Translations under genes and position numbers: made by a program
The notes under the pieces: generated by a model
What the model was told of the DNA's origin: nothing
What the model saw: only the letters and a program-made list of their open reading frames with translations
The model's database searches: none
Shown: piece after piece, positions 27,457 through 37,651 of the stretch
Layout: each line of letters opens with the position of its first letter
Numbering within the stretch: the stretch's first letter is position 1
From: a virus
Lineage: Duplodnaviria > Heunggongvirae > Uroviricota > Caudoviricetes
Strand: one strand, 5' to 3'
Length of the DNA stretch: 64,000 nt
Virus record (IMG/VR): IMGVR_UViG_3300021400_000113
Coordinates: 40,932-104,931 of that record

Positions 27457-27642
27457 ATGAAAATTTGGCAAGATGAAAGTAAAAATATCAATATCATTAT
27501 GTCTCCAATAGAATATGAACGTATATTCGCTGCACTTGAAGATCATGGATGTGAATATTACAATAAACATGATATATTAAATACGATACTTGACCAAATG
27601 GAAAAGTTTGATGAACAAAAATATGACACAAACAACTTATGA
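27457..27642 (+). CDS. hypothetical protein
   Basis: ORF of 61 aa with RBS aaaggag. Confidence 0.35.
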   Translation: MKIWQDESKNINIIMSPIEYERIFAALEDHGCEYYNKHDILNTILDQMEKFDEQKYDTNNL

Positions 27643-27841
27643 TTTTCCTCTTCCCAATAACGGGGAGAGATATGATTTATCACTACAGGAATTAGATGAA
27701 TTATTAAGTAAAGCTTATTACAAAGGATTTAAAGATGGACAAGATTCAATTCCCGCCTATACAACAACTTCTTTAGATGATGATGATTGGTGGGATAGGC
27801 CACTAACTATGAGCAATGATCAATGGAGGTTTAATGACTGA
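27590..27841 (+). CDS. hypothetical protein (start uncertain; overlaps upstream ORF)
   Basis: ORF of 83 aa. Alternative ATGs at 27608 and 27623. Confidence 0.3.
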   Translation: MTKWKSLMNKNMTQTTYDFPLPNNGERYDLSLQELDELLSKAYYKGFKDGQDSIPAYTTTSLDDDDWWDRPLTMSNDQWRFND

Positions 27842-28106
27842 AATTTCTTGGTATAACTTTACACATCCAAATCAGGACGCTATTAAAAAAAGGGACAAAT
27901 TTTTAGAAGAGCCAGTTAAGAGTTGTATCAATTGTACGCATTTTTATTTTAATAATGATGGAAGTGCAGGTTGCGATGCCCCTTATGAATATACTTGTTT
28001 AAAACTAAAACATAAATTCTTTGAATTAATTGCTCAAAAAACCAGTGAAGAATATTTAAAAACAGTAGAAGAAGAAATTCAACATTACGGAGAATTAGAA
28101 AAATGA
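27834..28106 (+). CDS. Cys-rich hypothetical protein
   Basis: RBS ggagg then ATG at 27834. Carries a CINCTHF...GCDAPYEYTC motif. Confidence 0.4.
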   Translation: MTEISWYNFTHPNQDAIKKRDKFLEEPVKSCINCTHFYFNNDGSAGCDAPYEYTCLKLKHKFFELIAQKTSEEYLKTVEEEIQHYGELEK

Positions 28107-28564
28107 AAATGATTCATGGATTTGATAATAAATACTCCTTTCTAAGCAACTTTTATGCTTGCCAGGTAGAATATGAAGGAATCATATATCCTACTTCTGA
28201 ACATGCTTTTCAAGCCGCAAAATCTCTCGACCCAGATGTACGCAAATGGGTCGCGGCCGCGCCTACTCCTGGGCAAGCTAAACGACGCGGGCACACGATT
28301 GAATTGCGGCCCGATTGGGAAGAAGTAAAAGACAAAGTTATGCTTGATATTGTGCGTGAAAAATTCAGAAATGAAGATATGCGCGCCCGTTTAATTGCTA
28401 CAATTAATGAAGGATATAGCGGTTTCTGTGAAGATAATTATTGGCATGACAATTATTGGGGTAATTGTAATTGTTCTAAATGCGCAAACATTGAGGGTAA
28501 AAATATGTTAGGTAAAGTTTTAATGGAAGTCGCGCGCGAAGTTATTAGTGAAATTATTAATTGA
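28103..28564 (+). CDS. NADAR-domain protein (YbiA/DUF1768 family)
   Basis: FLSNFYACQVEYEGIIYPTSEHAFQAAK matches the N-terminal NADAR signature. Confidence 0.6.
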   Translation: MKMIHGFDNKYSFLSNFYACQVEYEGIIYPTSEHAFQAAKSLDPDVRKWVAAAPTPGQAKRRGHTIELRPDWEEVKDKVMLDIVREKFRNEDMRARLIATINEGYSGFCEDNYWHDNYWGNCNCSKCANIEGKNMLGKVLMEVAREVISEIIN

Positions 28565-28589
28565 CTTTTTTATAAATTTGCGATATAAT
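28561..28589 (+). promoter_or_regulatory. conserved phage promoter copy
   Basis: ttgact at 28561-28566 and gcgatataat at 28580-28589, followed by atatatgtaagaaaaag. Confidence 0.55.
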
Positions 28590-28623
28590 ATATATGTAAG
28601 AAAAAGAAAAGGAGAATGATTTT

Positions 28624-29193
28624 ATGAATAGTAATGTATTTAATGGAATGTTTGGTAAGGTAGCTCCAGGCCAGTGTCGAGTATCTATTAATGGTGAAAT
28701 CGCAATTAAAACCTCAAATGGCTACAAGACTTATAATGTTAAAACCGGAACACTAACAAACTGTGATAACTTTGCTTTTGATATTGGTGAAGATTGGTTT
28801 TTCGTTATTCCTACCAATAAGGTTGTTAAGGGCGATATTATTCTCGCCGCAGGAAAGCCACGCTGTGTAATTGAAGTTGGAAATAATGAAATTAAGACTT
28901 TCTGTTATGAAGATGGCACTATTGGAACTATTGTTCCAGAGCATCATGTATTTATGGGTAAGCAATACTTCTATGGAAAGATTGTTTCTATGTTTGGTAA
29001 TATGATGTCCGAAAAGGGCGGCATGAACAACATGATGAAGTACATGATGATGGCAGAAATGATGAAGGGCAGCGGTAATAACAACTCTATGGCAAGTATG
29101 ATGCCCATGATGTTTATGATGAACGGCGGTGGGTTCAACTTTATGGAAGGTATGTTTGATACTGACGACGACGAGAAAGAGGAGGATAAGTAA
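28624..29193 (+). CDS. hypothetical protein with Met-rich C-terminal low-complexity tail
   Basis: C-terminus MMSEKGGMNNMMKYMMMAEMMKGSG...MMPMMFMMNGGG followed by an acidic DTDDDEKEEDK end. Confidence 0.45.
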   Translation: MNSNVFNGMFGKVAPGQCRVSINGEIAIKTSNGYKTYNVKTGTLTNCDNFAFDIGEDWFFVIPTNKVVKGDIILAAGKPRCVIEVGNNEIKTFCYEDGTIGTIVPEHHVFMGKQYFYGKIVSMFGNMMSEKGGMNNMMKYMMMAEMMKGSGNNNSMASMMPMMFMMNGGGFNFMEGMFDTDDDEKEEDK

Positions 29194-29195
29194 TT

Positions 29196-30047
29196 ATGGG
29201 ATGGGGAGGTTGGGACTCTCAAACTTATTGTTCTACGGTGCGGTCTATGGGCTTTTCCAGTACAACCACTATGGCAAATGCTAGTGTACAAACAGTTTAT
29301 CGTGAAAGTCGATTACATCCATTACTTAATCCTTGTGGTGTAGTACGTGAATGCTGCGATACAGAAGAGCATCCCGAAACAATTCCAGTAATTCTCGCAC
29401 TAGATGTTACTGGAAGTATGGGCGCGGCTGCTACTATGTGCGCAAGTAAGCTTGACGAAATTATGGAAGAACTTTATGGCAAGGTTAAAGATGTAGAGTT
29501 CTTAATGATGGGTATTGGAGACCTAGCTTGTGATGATGCACCAATTCAAGCTTCTCAGTTTGAAAGCGATATTCGCATTTTAGACCAGACTACAAAAGTT
29601 TATTTTGAAGCAGGTGGCGGTGGGAACTCTTACGAATCTTATACCGCTGCTTGGTACTTTGGTCTTCATAATACCAGACTTGATTGTTGGAAACGCGGTA
29701 AGAAAGGTATTATTATCACAATGGGTGATGAGCCTTTGAATCCTTATTTGCCTGGAAAGCGTCTTAGTGAAGTACTAGGACAGCCTACCCAGGATGTTGA
29801 CACGGATACTCTTTATAAAGAAGTTTGTGAAAAATATGATGTATATCATATTGCTATTACAAACAATAGCAGTTATAATTATTATGCTGATGGTATTAAA
29901 AACACCTGGGGAAAATTACTAAATCAGCATCTAATTACTGCTTCAAGTGAAGATTTACCAGAAGTTATTAGTAATATCATTGTAGAACACGAAAATAATT
30001 TTACTGGTAATACTGTTACTGTAACAGAGGAAGGAATTAGTTGGTAA
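29196..30047 (+). CDS. von Willebrand factor A (vWA) domain protein
   Basis: VILALDVTGSMG is a MIDAS-type motif. Confidence 0.55.
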   Translation: MGWGGWDSQTYCSTVRSMGFSSTTTMANASVQTVYRESRLHPLLNPCGVVRECCDTEEHPETIPVILALDVTGSMGAAATMCASKLDEIMEELYGKVKDVEFLMMGIGDLACDDAPIQASQFESDIRILDQTTKVYFEAGGGGNSYESYTAAWYFGLHNTRLDCWKRGKKGIIITMGDEPLNPYLPGKRLSEVLGQPTQDVDTDTLYKEVCEKYDVYHIAITNNSSYNYYADGIKNTWGKLLNQHLITASSEDLPEVISNIIVEHENNFTGNTVTVTEEGISW

Positions 30048-30048
30048 T

Positions 30049-31131
30049 ATGGAAGTTAAAGTTGTAATTGGAGCTAACTACGGCGATGAAGGAAAAGGTT
30101 TGGTTTCTGGTAATCTGGCAAGAGAAGCGCAAAAAGAACAGAAAAAAACACTAACAGTATTTTATAATGGAACTGCGCAACGCGCCCATAGTTTTGGTAA
30201 TACTGTACAGCATTGGCTCGCTGCGGGAGAAATTTTTGGTAGCGATACCTTTTATCATTCAATGTTTGTAGTTGATCCAATTACACTTTGGCTTTCTAAT
30301 TCTCCTGTTTATATTGATCCACGGTGTCGTGTTATTCTTCCATGTGATGTATTTTCTAATCGTAAATTAGAAACTAGTCGTGGAGATAAACGACATGGCT
30401 CTTGTGGATTTGGACTTTTTGCCGCGGTTCAACGTAGTAAATATCCTGAATATTGTATAACTGTTAATGACTTTCAAGATCCATATAATTTATATTTTAA
30501 ATTAAAAGAAATTAATGAAAAACATTATCCCATGAATTTTGATGATATATATAATATAGATAATTTTATGAAAGCCGTTGCCCACATCACAAGCAAATGT
30601 AAAATTATTACTTTTGAAGATTTAATTCAAGAAAAAAATTATGATACTATTATCTATGAAGGCGGGCAAGGTTTGCTTCTTGATCAGACTAATATGGATT
30701 GCTTTCCGCACTTAACTCCTTCTAGTGTTGGCATGTATAATATTGCTAATGATATTAAAAGCTTAAATTGTTCAGTAGATTTATTTTATGTATCTCGTAC
30801 ATATATGACTCGTCACGGAGCTGGACCCATGGAAAGTGAATGTTTAAAACGGCATATTAATCCAAATATTGTAGACCTTGTAAATCAACCTAATAAATGG
30901 CAAGGAGAATTGCGGTTTGGACATATTAATTTAGATACTCTATATGCTCGTATTAAAAAAGATGCTAATATCTATTCAGACAATGCCAATATCAATTTAG
31001 TATTTACACAATTAAATTATACAAACAATAAAATTGATACAATTGAAGGTAAAAAAGAAATTGTAAAGCCCGGCTTTTGTTCTAAACTCTATGTTTCAGA
31101 TAATAAACTATATATTGAAAGGAAGGAATAA
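30049..31131 (+). CDS. adenylosuccinate synthetase (PurA)-like enzyme, short form (PurZ candidate)
   Basis: N-terminal VVIGANYGDEGKG matches the PurA GDEGKGK P-loop. At 360 aa it is shorter than bacterial PurA. Confidence 0.6.
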   Translation: MEVKVVIGANYGDEGKGLVSGNLAREAQKEQKKTLTVFYNGTAQRAHSFGNTVQHWLAAGEIFGSDTFYHSMFVVDPITLWLSNSPVYIDPRCRVILPCDVFSNRKLETSRGDKRHGSCGFGLFAAVQRSKYPEYCITVNDFQDPYNLYFKLKEINEKHYPMNFDDIYNIDNFMKAVAHITSKCKIITFEDLIQEKNYDTIIYEGGQGLLLDQTNMDCFPHLTPSSVGMYNIANDIKSLNCSVDLFYVSRTYMTRHGAGPMESECLKRHINPNIVDLVNQPNKWQGELRFGHINLDTLYARIKKDANIYSDNANINLVFTQLNYTNNKIDTIEGKKEIVKPGFCSKLYVSDNKLYIERKE

Positions 31132-31137
31132 TAAATT

Positions 31138-31530
31138 ATGGCTAAATATCTAATTGTTGCATATGACTCTATGTATAGTGGATTACATGGTATGGTAGAT
31201 TGGGCTTGTATTGAGGGAGATTATGAAGAAGCCTGTGAATTAGGACATGAGATGGGCTACTCTGTAATTGAATCTTATGGTACTATTATGGATTCTCTGC
31301 ACGAAGAAGCAGAAGAGATATATCGTGAAGAACTTGATGATTCTACTAAAGAACTAAATGAAGAAGATATGGATAGAGTTGATAATATTCTTGATGAATT
31401 AATTGAAGAAGATATTGAATTTTCTATCTATACATTGAAAAATGATACTCCAATTTATGAACTAAATCAAAATTCTACTATTGATTGGGAAACAATTGTT
31501 GAAGAATATCAAAAGGAGGACAATGAATAA
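31138..31530 (+). CDS. acidic hypothetical protein
   Basis: ORF of 130 aa, very Glu/Asp-rich. Confidence 0.45.
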   Translation: MAKYLIVAYDSMYSGLHGMVDWACIEGDYEEACELGHEMGYSVIESYGTIMDSLHEEAEEIYREELDDSTKELNEEDMDRVDNILDELIEEDIEFSIYTLKNDTPIYELNQNSTIDWETIVEEYQKEDNE

Positions 31531-32477
31531 TGATTCTATTTATTTTAGCTATTGTCGCGCTTATTGTGGGCTTAATTCTTGCTATTGTATCAGATGAATA
31601 TAAAGGGTTATGCGCCGCTATTGGTGTCATTTGCTCCGTTGTATTAATAATTCTTGCTAGTGTATCATATGTGCCTACTGGACACACTGGTATTGTAACA
31701 ACCTTTGGTAAAGTACATGATGAAACCCTTGAAGCTGGTCTGGCTTGGCACGCCCCATGGGATAATGTAATTAAAATGGATAATCGAGAACAGCGTGTTG
31801 CTTTTAATCTACAAGCTTTCTCCAAAGATATTCAACAAGTAGACATTCAAGGTTCCATTAATATTAATATTAATAAATCAACTGCAATGATTTTATATCG
31901 CGAAGTTGGTACAGATTATGTTAATATTTTTGTAACTCCTCGTATTCAAGAAGATGTAAAAATTGTAATTGCGGGTTATACCGCGGAAAATCTAATTAGT
32001 AATCGACAAGCCGCCTCTGATGCCATTTATGAATTAATTAAAGACGAGCTAACAGAAAAGGGAATTAATGTAATTTCTCTTGCGCTTGAAAATGTAGATT
32101 TTACCGATGCTTTTGAAGCTGCGGTTGAGGCTAAGCAAGTGGCTACTCAGGAAAAACAGCGCGCTCAAACAGAACAAGAACGTATGACTATGGAAGAAGA
32201 AGCAAAGGCCAAACGGTCTGTGATTGTGGCAAATGCCGAAGCAGAAAAAGCTAAGATTGCCGCTCAAGCAGACTTAGAAGTTGTAAAGATTCAGGCCGAA
32301 GCGGCTCTATATGCAGGTGAAAAAGAAGCAGAAATGAATAAACGTATTTCGGAAGCCTTAACCAATGAACTAATTCAATACTATTGGATTAAACAATGGA
32401 ATGGCAAACTGCCTACTGTAACTACTGACACTTCTATGCCTATCTTTGATATGGGAGGACTAAATTATGACGAATGA
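31530..32477 (+). CDS. SPFH/band-7 (prohibitin/stomatin-like) membrane protein
   Basis: N-terminal TM segment, then an SPFH-like core (VPTGHTGIVTTFGKV...) and an Ala/Glu/Lys-rich coiled coil. Confidence 0.6.
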   Translation: MILFILAIVALIVGLILAIVSDEYKGLCAAIGVICSVVLIILASVSYVPTGHTGIVTTFGKVHDETLEAGLAWHAPWDNVIKMDNREQRVAFNLQAFSKDIQQVDIQGSINININKSTAMILYREVGTDYVNIFVTPRIQEDVKIVIAGYTAENLISNRQAASDAIYELIKDELTEKGINVISLALENVDFTDAFEAAVEAKQVATQEKQRAQTEQERMTMEEEAKAKRSVIVANAEAEKAKIAAQADLEVVKIQAEAALYAGEKEAEMNKRISEALTNELIQYYWIKQWNGKLPTVTTDTSMPIFDMGGLNYDE

Positions 32478-32584
32478 AGCTAAGATTGCCATTTTAAATG
32501 CTCGAAGGCAACTACTCTTAACTCGCGGTTTTCACAATGCGAAAATCGCCGCAAAAATCGCGCGAAAAATTCGGCAGCTTGGTG

Positions 32585-32614
32585 GAACCGTTATAGAATA
32601 ACGGTTCTTTTTTT
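32585..32614 (+). terminator. rho-independent terminator
   Basis: Hairpin gaaccgttatagaataacggttc followed by T7, directly abutting the next promoter. Confidence 0.55.
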
Positions 32615-32615
32615 A

Positions 32616-32644
32616 TTGACTTTTTTAAAATTTTATGATATAAT
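32616..32644 (+). promoter_or_regulatory. conserved phage promoter copy
   Basis: ttgact at 32616-32621 and tgatataat at 32636-32644. Confidence 0.55.
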
Positions 32645-32660
32645 TATAATATGAAAGGGG

Positions 32661-33578
32661 ATGAAAATGATGCACGATGTATTTTACTTTACTGATATTC
32701 ATGGGGAATGGCGCCTATATCGTACTATGGTAGATTATTGTAAAAAACAGGATTCAGAATGCACCATAATTTTTGGCGGTGATGCTTGTGATCGCGGCCA
32801 GGACGGATATAAAATTATGAAAGATATTATTGCTGATCCTCAAATTATCTATCTTACCGGGAATCATGAATATCTTTTTGTTCGCGCTTGTGACGCTATC
32901 ATCGGTCATCATGCCCAAAGCGATGAACTTTATAATAAGCTACATTCTTATACGAAAGAACAGGCAGAATCTTTTATTCAAGAATTTGCTTTTAAAAACG
33001 TAGATGTAAATATTTCATGTGGAAATGGTGGCTTACCTACTCTGGTTGATTGGATTCTTGATGGAGCAGATGAAGAATTTGTAGATACAATTCGTATGCT
33101 TCCTTATACTTTTTCATATGAAAATTATGATTTTTGTCATGCAGGCTCAACATATTCTTATTTTAAAGAAGTAGCAGACGAGGAATATGAAAATATGCAG
33201 GCTCATTTTATCGCAGAACAAAAGATACTTTGGGATAGGGATTGTATTCCTCTTGGATGGGAAAATGGTCGTATTTGCGTTCATGGCCATACTCCTACAA
33301 TATATTTGCCTTCTCGCGCATATGGCAGCCGCGATAAAAGTCCATTACGTATCCACCCCGCAGTATGGGGAGAAATGATGGGTGGAGAAGCCAAACGGGG
33401 CGGAAAGAAAATAGATATGGATACCGGCGCTTGTTTTACTGGTCGTGCCTATTTAATGAATGTGCTTACAAAAGAAGTTATTGGATTTTATGATTCCAAA
33501 GTAACCAATGGAGATATTGATGTAATTTACATTTTTGAAAAATATACCATTGAAGAAAAAACTTTAAACGAAGATTAA
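32661..33578 (+). CDS. Ser/Thr protein phosphatase-family metallophosphoesterase
   Basis: Motifs DIHG, GGDACDRG and GNHE. The true start may be ATG at 32667 or 32670. Confidence 0.6.
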   Translation: MKMMHDVFYFTDIHGEWRLYRTMVDYCKKQDSECTIIFGGDACDRGQDGYKIMKDIIADPQIIYLTGNHEYLFVRACDAIIGHHAQSDELYNKLHSYTKEQAESFIQEFAFKNVDVNISCGNGGLPTLVDWILDGADEEFVDTIRMLPYTFSYENYDFCHAGSTYSYFKEVADEEYENMQAHFIAEQKILWDRDCIPLGWENGRICVHGHTPTIYLPSRAYGSRDKSPLRIHPAVWGEMMGGEAKRGGKKIDMDTGACFTGRAYLMNVLTKEVIGFYDSKVTNGDIDVIYIFEKYTIEEKTLNED

Positions 33579-33600
33579 TTTTATTACAAATAAATGAGGA

Positions 33601-33909
33601 ATGATAATGCGGGAAGAAATACTTGAATTTATTTATCGTCGATTTAATAATGACTGTCATTGGACAGACGGTAATTGTTATTACTTCGCAGTCATTTTAA
33701 AAGCTCGTTTTCCCAAAGGTGAAATTTGGTATGACGCAGTTGATGATCATTTCATATGTAAAATAGAAGATTTATTTTATGATTGGAATGGAACCTGTAC
33801 ACAATATCAAATTGATGAGCGATTATTAAAACATGTTTATAAATGGGATGATTACAGAAAAATTGATCCTATACATTATGAAAGAATAGTTAAAGATGTA
33901 ATAAGGTAA
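33601..33909 (+). CDS. hypothetical protein
   Basis: ORF of 102 aa followed by a terminator hairpin. Confidence 0.45.
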   Translation: MIMREEILEFIYRRFNNDCHWTDGNCYYFAVILKARFPKGEIWYDAVDDHFICKIEDLFYDWNGTCTQYQIDERLLKHVYKWDDYRKIDPIHYERIVKDVIR

Positions 33910-33932
33910 GCAAAAGCTTACCTTATTTTTTT
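33904..33932 (+). terminator. rho-independent terminator
   Basis: Hairpin aaggtaagcaaaagcttacctt followed by a T-run. Confidence 0.5.
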
Positions 33933-33947
33933 ATTGGTGGTGATAGA

Positions 33948-36821
33948 ATGGCAATAAAAAGTAAACCTCATAAATCCCCAAATTTAAATTGGCATAATAT
34001 GGGCAATTTAATTTTTTATAATGGACTAGAACCTTTTAATTTTTATTTTGATCTATTGTTAGAGGACTATGAAAAGCGTCCTCCTGAATATAATAGCTTT
34101 GCTAACGCTATTGGAGAAGCCGCGAAAAGTAAATTTAATTCAACTATAAACTCATTAAAAAATAATAAAGACGACGAAGGAATGACAAAATTAGAATCAA
34201 TACCCGCTTATTTAGAAAAAGCTATTTAGAAAGAATCAAATAATGAATTAGCTTTTTTTAAACAAAAATATGAATGGTTTAAATCAAATTTTTCTGAAGA
34301 AGAATTAAATAATTTACCAGAATTAAAATTTTTATTCGATTTTTTTTCCAATCCAACCACTCAAAGTGGAACTATTGATTATCCTCGCTTTTTAGCCGCA
34401 ATAAATATATTAATACAAGGATATGATAATGCAAAAGAAATAGTAAAATATGAGCGAAAGCGTCTAGAAGATTTAGAAAAACGATTCGCAGAAGCGAGAA
34501 AGGCCGCGGGAAGACGTGCAGTCGGATTAGCGAAAAAAAAATATGGATATGACGATATTGAAAAATAGGAATAGTGGCGAGAAACCGCAAAAATGAAAAA
34601 TCGTCGAAAAGTAGAAATTCATTATTTAAAAAATAAAAATTTCAATGATGAAAAAAAAATAAAAGGCTTAGGGTTAAAAACACGACTAGAAGGATTAGCG
34701 AAAACTGCCGATGTTGAAGTCGCAGATTGGATTACTAAAACATTATAGAATATGTTAGAATAGCCAGCAATACGTAATAAAATAGAAACATTAATTATTA
34801 AAAATAAAAACTTAGTATTTACAAATCCATAGCAATTAGCGCAAAAAGTCAAAAGCTCTTTAGTACAAAATATAACTAGTTATGGCGTTAAAAATATAGG
34901 AAAAATATTATCAAATCAAATTACTACAAAAAATCTCGATGAAATTATTTCAGAAGTTGAAAAAGATTTTACATATGATTATGAAATAGAAGGATTTTAC
35001 GAAAATTTTGGATAGTATGGTATTGAATTGGATTTTTTTAGAAATCCTAATAACTTAAATAAAGATGGCACTAAATCCGCGGAAAGACTATATGAAGCAT
35101 TAAAGCGCCTACAACATTTGCTTTCTTTATCACGACAAAAAAATAGTAGAATAAAACTTACCGACGAACAAAAATTTGTTGCTTCTGTTTTTTTTAAAGA
35201 TGAAGGAATTATTAATATAATGAGCATGATTTCTACTATTGAAAAATAGATGAAAGAAGTAGAGAAGGCAATTGAAGAAGTAAAAAAAACAGGACAGGCG
35301 CGAGATAAAACCTTAAGACTTACATATAAAGAATATATTCCCAATCAGCTCAGAGGTGAAAAAAATGATGGTAAAATTAAACTTCATATTGACGCAAATG
35401 GGAATATAGATTTAACCTCTCTTAATAGAATATATGGTAAATATACTAAAGAATTAGGATTTGGCTCTGACCGCATAAGAGCAAATACTTTATAGGGATT
35501 AGTATCAGGATTAAAATCTCGTCTAAGTTAGAAAATGCGAAATCAATTAGAAGATTTAATTTCTGGAAATACAAAAATTAAACGCAATAAAAAATTTTCT
35601 ACTTAGTCACAAATTAATCAAGCATTATAGGAAGGACTTGAAGGAATAACCGTATTTATAAGCGCCCCAGATCTCTCAGAAATTGCGCAAGGACTTCAGT
35701 TTCATATGGATGGAGATAACGTTTCTTTAATATGGACAGGACCACATAAAACAAAAAATGACTTCGTTACTATTACTATTAATACCCCAATAGCAGAAAT
35801 AAAAACAGAAGTTTCTTCTATATTAAATACTGATATTGAAAATCTTGGAGAAGATATAGAACAATTAATTTAGAATAGCAGAAAAGAAACTGCGAAACTT
35901 TTAGGAGAAGGACTAGCACACTATTCAACTAGCTTATCAGATAAAAAACAATATAATAAACAAAATGAAATTATGAAAGAATATGAAAATTCATAGAAAG
36001 AATACTTTGAACTATCTGAAAAAAATAATGAATTATTAGAAAATATGCCAAATCTTAAAGAATTATTAGAACGTGTAGAACGCACAAATAAAGGGCAATC
36101 CCCAGAACAAATTTCCGCGAAGAAAAAACAACTTCTTACAATGTTAACAGATTTCTTTTACGAATCTTCTACAATGAAAACCTTTAATCATTATGTTAAT
36201 GATGTTGGATTTGTAGGAGGAGGAATAGGAGGAGACGTCATAGCCCAAATGAATAAAATTGAAGAAATGTTTTTAAATGCAGGAATTTAGCTTGGAACTG
36301 ATAAAGATTGGTTAATAGGAGCTATTATTAACTGTTCTTCTCATAGTGTTATAGGAACTGAATATTAGAGTACTATTGAGCAATATTTAGGAGCTATAGC
36401 GGTTTTTGCAATGTTTGATGAAGGAGCCGTCGAATAGAGTGTAATAAATAATACCGCCAATATAAAAGGTAATACTAAATTTTTACATTTATACAGATTA
36501 AACGGAGGATATTATTTAGGTTCATATGTACTAACAAGAGTATTAGAATAGTTTAATGAATATATTTCTAAAATAGAAGAAGTTTCTACTAAATATTCTA
36601 ACATACACGGAGGAATTGCTATTCTAGGAGGTGGAATGACTCCACAAGATATACCAAATAGAGGACTTTATTCTTCAGAACCACAAAATCGTTCTCCTTG
36701 GCAAACTGTATCTGCTACTGCAAAAGGACGCGCATCAATATAGGTAGTATTTTTAGCAGGATTATTACAGACATTAAATTAGATTGAGGCCGCATTAAAT
36801 AATATTGAATATCCCGCCTAA
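33948..36821 (+). CDS. large (~958 codon) protein with ~21 in-frame TAGs; possible tape-measure or internal virion protein
   Basis: ORFs 33948-34229, 35028-35249, 35250-35495 and 36045-36290 all lie in frame 0. The frame is unbroken by TAA or TGA until TAA at 36819-36821. Gly-rich GFVGGGIGGDV segment and coiled-coil-like regions. Confidence 0.45.
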
Positions 36822-36904
36822 AGATTTTACCAAACTTTTTCTCCTTTTTCCCTACTTATAAATGATGAATACGGATACTTTCTGTATTCTAGGAGGGATA
36901 AAGT

Positions 36905-37360
36905 ATGCTTGCAAAAATATGGGGGTTCTTTAAAAAGATTCCCAACGCTTATTACAATTGGAAAAAACGTAACGAAGCCCTTTCAGAATTTTTAGGACGT
37001 TGTGATCAAACACAAAACGCACTTAGAAAAATTGACAATTCCGTTAATAACATTACGACTTCTGTTGGAGAAATTAAAGAACAGGTTAATGCAATTGAAG
37101 GGCAAGTAGATCAAATTAATACTAAAATTGAAACCATTAGTGAAGGGACAAAAATTGAATTATTTGAAACCTTACATAATTGGCGCGTAAGATTGGTTTG
37201 TGATAAACGATGGGCCTCTGTAGAAGAAAAAAAAGAAGTAAAAGATATTTATAATCTTTATACCGCTTTAGAAGGTAATGGACAGGGTACTCATTATTAT
37301 GAAGAAATTATGAATTTACCTGAAAGTGAAGAAGAATTAAAAAGAAAGGAGGGCAAATAA
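36905..37360 (+). CDS. coiled-coil hypothetical protein
   Basis: ORF of 151 aa with heptad-like repeats. Confidence 0.45.
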   Translation: MLAKIWGFFKKIPNAYYNWKKRNEALSEFLGRCDQTQNALRKIDNSVNNITTSVGEIKEQVNAIEGQVDQINTKIETISEGTKIELFETLHNWRVRLVCDKRWASVEEKKEVKDIYNLYTALEGNGQGTHYYEEIMNLPESEEELKRKEGK

Positions 37361-37361
37361 T

Positions 37362-37583
37362 ATGAAATATAGTTTTAAAGAATGGATTAAAGCCGCGGGT
37401 ATGCGTGCTTTAAAAACTGTGGCTTAGACAGCAATTGCTACAATAGGAACTACTGCTGTACTATCTGATGTAAATTGGGCAATAGTAGGATCTTCAGCCG
37501 CATTAGCAGGTATTTTAAGTTTATTAACAAGCATAGCTGGACTTCCAGAACTTAAAGAACCACAAGAAGAAATAAAGGAATAA
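37362..37583 (+). CDS. holin-like small membrane protein with one in-frame TAG (37425-37427)
   Basis: RBS aaaggaggg. Sequence MKYSFKEWIKAAGMRALKTVA-[TAG]-TAIATIGTTAVLSD...SSAALAGILSLLTSIAGLP has two hydrophobic segments. Confidence 0.5.
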
Positions 37584-37592
37584 ATTAAATTC

Positions 37593-37621
37593 TTGACTTT
37601 TTTATAGTTTTATAGTATAAT
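37593..37621 (+). promoter_or_regulatory. conserved phage promoter copy
   Basis: ttgact at 37593-37598 and agtataat at 37614-37621. Confidence 0.55.
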
Positions 37622-37651
37622 ATTTATAGAAAAGAAAAGGAGATTTAATTA

